The notes under the pieces are model-generated. The model was given only the letters and a program-made list of their open reading frames with translations. It was not told where the DNA came from and searched no databases. Of a stretch of DNA of 64,000 bases, positions 61,420-64,000 are shown in pieces. The stretch is from Nemertoderma westbladi. Lineage: Eukaryota; Animalia; Xenacoelomorpha. Where the stretch lies: the NCBI GenBank assembly GCA_032718475.1, contig JAUCBJ010007299.1:34381-98380 (forward strand), given 5' to 3'. Each line of letters begins with the position of its first letter. The first letter of the stretch is position 1. Both the position numbers and the translations under genes were made by a program.

Positions 61420-62559
61420 TGGTTAGAAAAGCCTGCTTCTGTATGTATAAGCACATGCCCTATGTGGTGATAGGGCTCCTTGAATTGGTAAAGTCAAAAG
61501 TGGCCATTTATTGTTTTAGTTAGAAAAGCCTGCCTCTGTAACCTGTTCCTTTCCCTCAATTGGTTCATGATGTGTGTTACTTCTGTACGTATTATGTGGA
61601 GACCCCAACACGTTAATCAGTTAATCCCCTTTCATTATCCAGCCGTTTTAAAATACCCTTCCTGTTGTACAGTTGTATGGAAAAGTTAGAAGAGATGGTG
61701 GTAGGTAGCATCAACTTGTAGAATTTCTTTCTGATATGGCTCCCATAGGCTTAGACGAAATCGTAGCTTGTACTGTAGTTAGCCTTAGCAGCAGCTGCAG
61801 TTGGCAAACCTGGCATTGCTACCAGTTTCCACCAAATATAATTTGTAGTTAAATATTTGTTGGAGCATAATCCAATCTAGTCCAAAAGACTCTAAAGTCC
61901 TGGGTACATAAGGCTGTAAGGTTAGACATAACATGAATGTAAACTAAACAATATGCTAAGTACGAAGTAGCCTACCTAGAATACTAGAATGTACCATTAT
62001 ATTCTAAGTACAGTACGCTGAAGATACATACAGAGCTCTGCAAAAGTAACTTTCCATAACTTAATAGCTGTCTGGCTGTCTCTCATCTGTCATGCTTCAT
62101 GTACCTTTAAGTTTGATTCTCAATGTCACGTCCAAAATTGGACTTAAAGTCCAATATTGGACGTTTGTAAAATTCAAAGCCTTATAAAAAAAGTTCCCCC
62201 TGGTGAATTTCAGGTCCCCCTGCTGCAATGTCTCCAAGGAATGAGGTATAAACGGAAGTGTTTGATTGTTTTTACATGACCTACTTTATACAGAGTATGT
62301 TTAATTTGTTTACCTTTACTGGAGCCACTGCTTATTACTGTATAATAAAACGAGCTCATAAGTTATTGTCTCATGCTGGGGATATACATTCACGAACTAC
62401 TGTAAGGTCTCAGGAATTCTTAGCCCGCGAGTATTCTTAGCCTGCGAGTATTCTTGGCCCTTGGGTATTCTTAGCCCGCAAAACAATAACGTTTATTGTT
62501 TTGGTTCCCCCAATACTCCTCTGAAACCTGTTCCTTTACTAACCTGCTCGCCCCTTTAC

Positions 62560-63110
62560 TGTCTGCACCAGTGTCTGCACCACTGTCTGCACCAGTGTCT
62601 GCACCACTGTCTGCACCAGTGTCTGCACCACTGTCTGCACCAGTGTCTGCACCACTGTCTGCACCAGTGTCTGCACCACTGTCTGCACCAGTGTCTGCAC
62701 CACAGTCTGCACCAGTGTCTGCACCACATGTCTGCACCACTGTCTGCTCCACTGTCTGCACCAGTGTCTGCACCACTGTCTGCACTCAGCACCAGTGCCT
62801 GCACCACTGCTGCACTGTCTGCACCAGTGTCTGCACCACTGTCTGCACCAATGTCTGCACCACTGTCTGCACCACTGTCTGCACCACTGCCTGCACCACT
62901 GTCTGCACCACTGTCTGCACTGCACCAGTGTCTGCACCACTGTCTGCACCAGGTGTCTGCACCACTGTCTGCACCAGTGTCTGCACCACTGTCTGCACCA
63001 GTGTCTGCACCACTGTCTGCACCACTGTCTGCACCAGTGCGTGCACCACTGTCTGCACCAGGTGTCTGCACCACTGTCTGCATCACTGTCTGCTCTGCAC
63101 CAGTGTCTGC
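62560..63110. repeat. 12-bp minisatellite TGTCTGCACCA(C/G), partly alternating as a 24-bp dimer
   Basis: Direct inspection. Confidence 0.95.
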
Positions 63111-63525
63111 TTAACGTTTACACTCCAAAATTAATTAGTACAACGATGGACAGATTGATTAGTATTACTGTCTTCTGGTCTGTAGCTCAATCAGTCAACT
63201 TGGAATATTTAGCAAAGTTTGCTCCGGGCTTCTGCAGTATCAATTGCAGAAGCCGAACCGAACCGAAATTGCCAAACTTCGGCCCGAACCGAACCGAAGC
63301 CGAAGCTTCTGTTGAGCCCTATCCCTGAGTATATGTGAATAATTCTTATTGTGTAGGCTTTCTTAGAGGTGTTCTGGCCTTTTGGGTTCATTGAACCTGC
63401 AATGTATAATTTAGTTGGACAATAATCACATTTTATGACCAAATCATCAGTACTTTTGCAGTCATGGTCATGGTGTATATTTCATATTACAATTCAAGAT
63501 CTTGTGCTATTGCGAGGTGATATAC

Positions 63526-64000
63526 CAGACTGGAATCCATACACTTTGCGCCGGATTAATCCGGCGCACTTTGCAATAAAAGCGCGCCAATGTGGTGCGT
63601 GGCGCACTCGAAAATCGTAAAGCGCGCCGACTTTGGCGCGTGGCGCGCTCGAAAATCGTAAAGCGCGCCGGCTTTCAGCTTTGGCACGTGGCGCTCCTAA
63701 AAATAAAAACCGGCGCCGATTTGTTAGTTTACAGGTTTAACAATTATGGAAGTGCCTTAAAAATAGCATTAGCTGTTTAAAAATTTCGGCTCGCTTCGCT
63801 CGCCTTTCTTTTTCTGTTGTATGGTTCAGTGGTTAGGCTACTGTTGTATACAGATATAGGGCAGCAGGGACTGGTACAGATGTACTGACTGACATTGACA
63901 GATTGGTTACACTCCCACAAAATTGAATTTGTATTGGCGTGGCGCTCTTCAAAATTGTTTCAATGTGTTAGTTGGCGCGGGGTTTTTCTTCGAAATGGCA
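63526..64000. mobile_element. Probable MITE with TGGCGCG repeats; may extend beyond the window
   Basis: Clustered GCGCGCC/TGGCGCGTGGCGC motifs and GCTCGCTTCGCTCGC; termini were not resolved. Confidence 0.4.

Noticed and set aside
60519-62225. Candidate intact CAG...CTG donor element for the 5-bp footprints (GTCCAA..TTGGAC repeats near both ends)
   Set aside because: The flanking 5-mers do not match and the termini are not clear inverted repeats.
62461-63328. His/Cys-rich, SAPL and GADS repeat ORFs in all six frames
   Set aside because: A 12-bp minisatellite without stop codons; frequent frame-breaking indels.

Overview
AT-rich, transposon-dense animal (probably invertebrate) genomic DNA with GT-AG introns. 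Host genes: the first coding exon of an SLC1 (EAAT/ASCT) transporter (- strand, 7813-8221); an orphan 201-aa ORF with repeated basophilic-kinase-like motifs (11018-11623); an intronless TBCCD1 (25066-26775); and the first 14 coding exons of a polycystin-1-like gene (signal peptide, EGF-like, WSC-like and PKD-like segments; 38404-52929, all splice phases consistent by hand, continuing beyond). Mobile DNA: the 5' part of a BEL/Pao LTR element, a decayed Gypsy, at least seven copies of one RTE-type LINE family, CRE-type LINE fragments, a decayed piggyBac, and several MITEs (MULE-like 9-bp TSD, hAT-like 8-bp TSD, TTAA-flanked). Tandem arrays have 12, 17, 21, 26, 31, 69 and 111-bp units. The most unusual signals are (i) a recurrent micro-insertion signature NNNTA-C(A/T)G-NNNTA, confirmed against empty paralogous sites in the window, that looks like the excision footprint of an unidentified 5-bp-TSD transposon and clusters in hotspots; (ii) a duplicated, selectively conserved structured-RNA module in the BEL/Pao leader; and (iii) a minimal Penelope-type hammerhead ribozyme beside a long perfect palindrome. 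All calls were read by eye; no searches were run.
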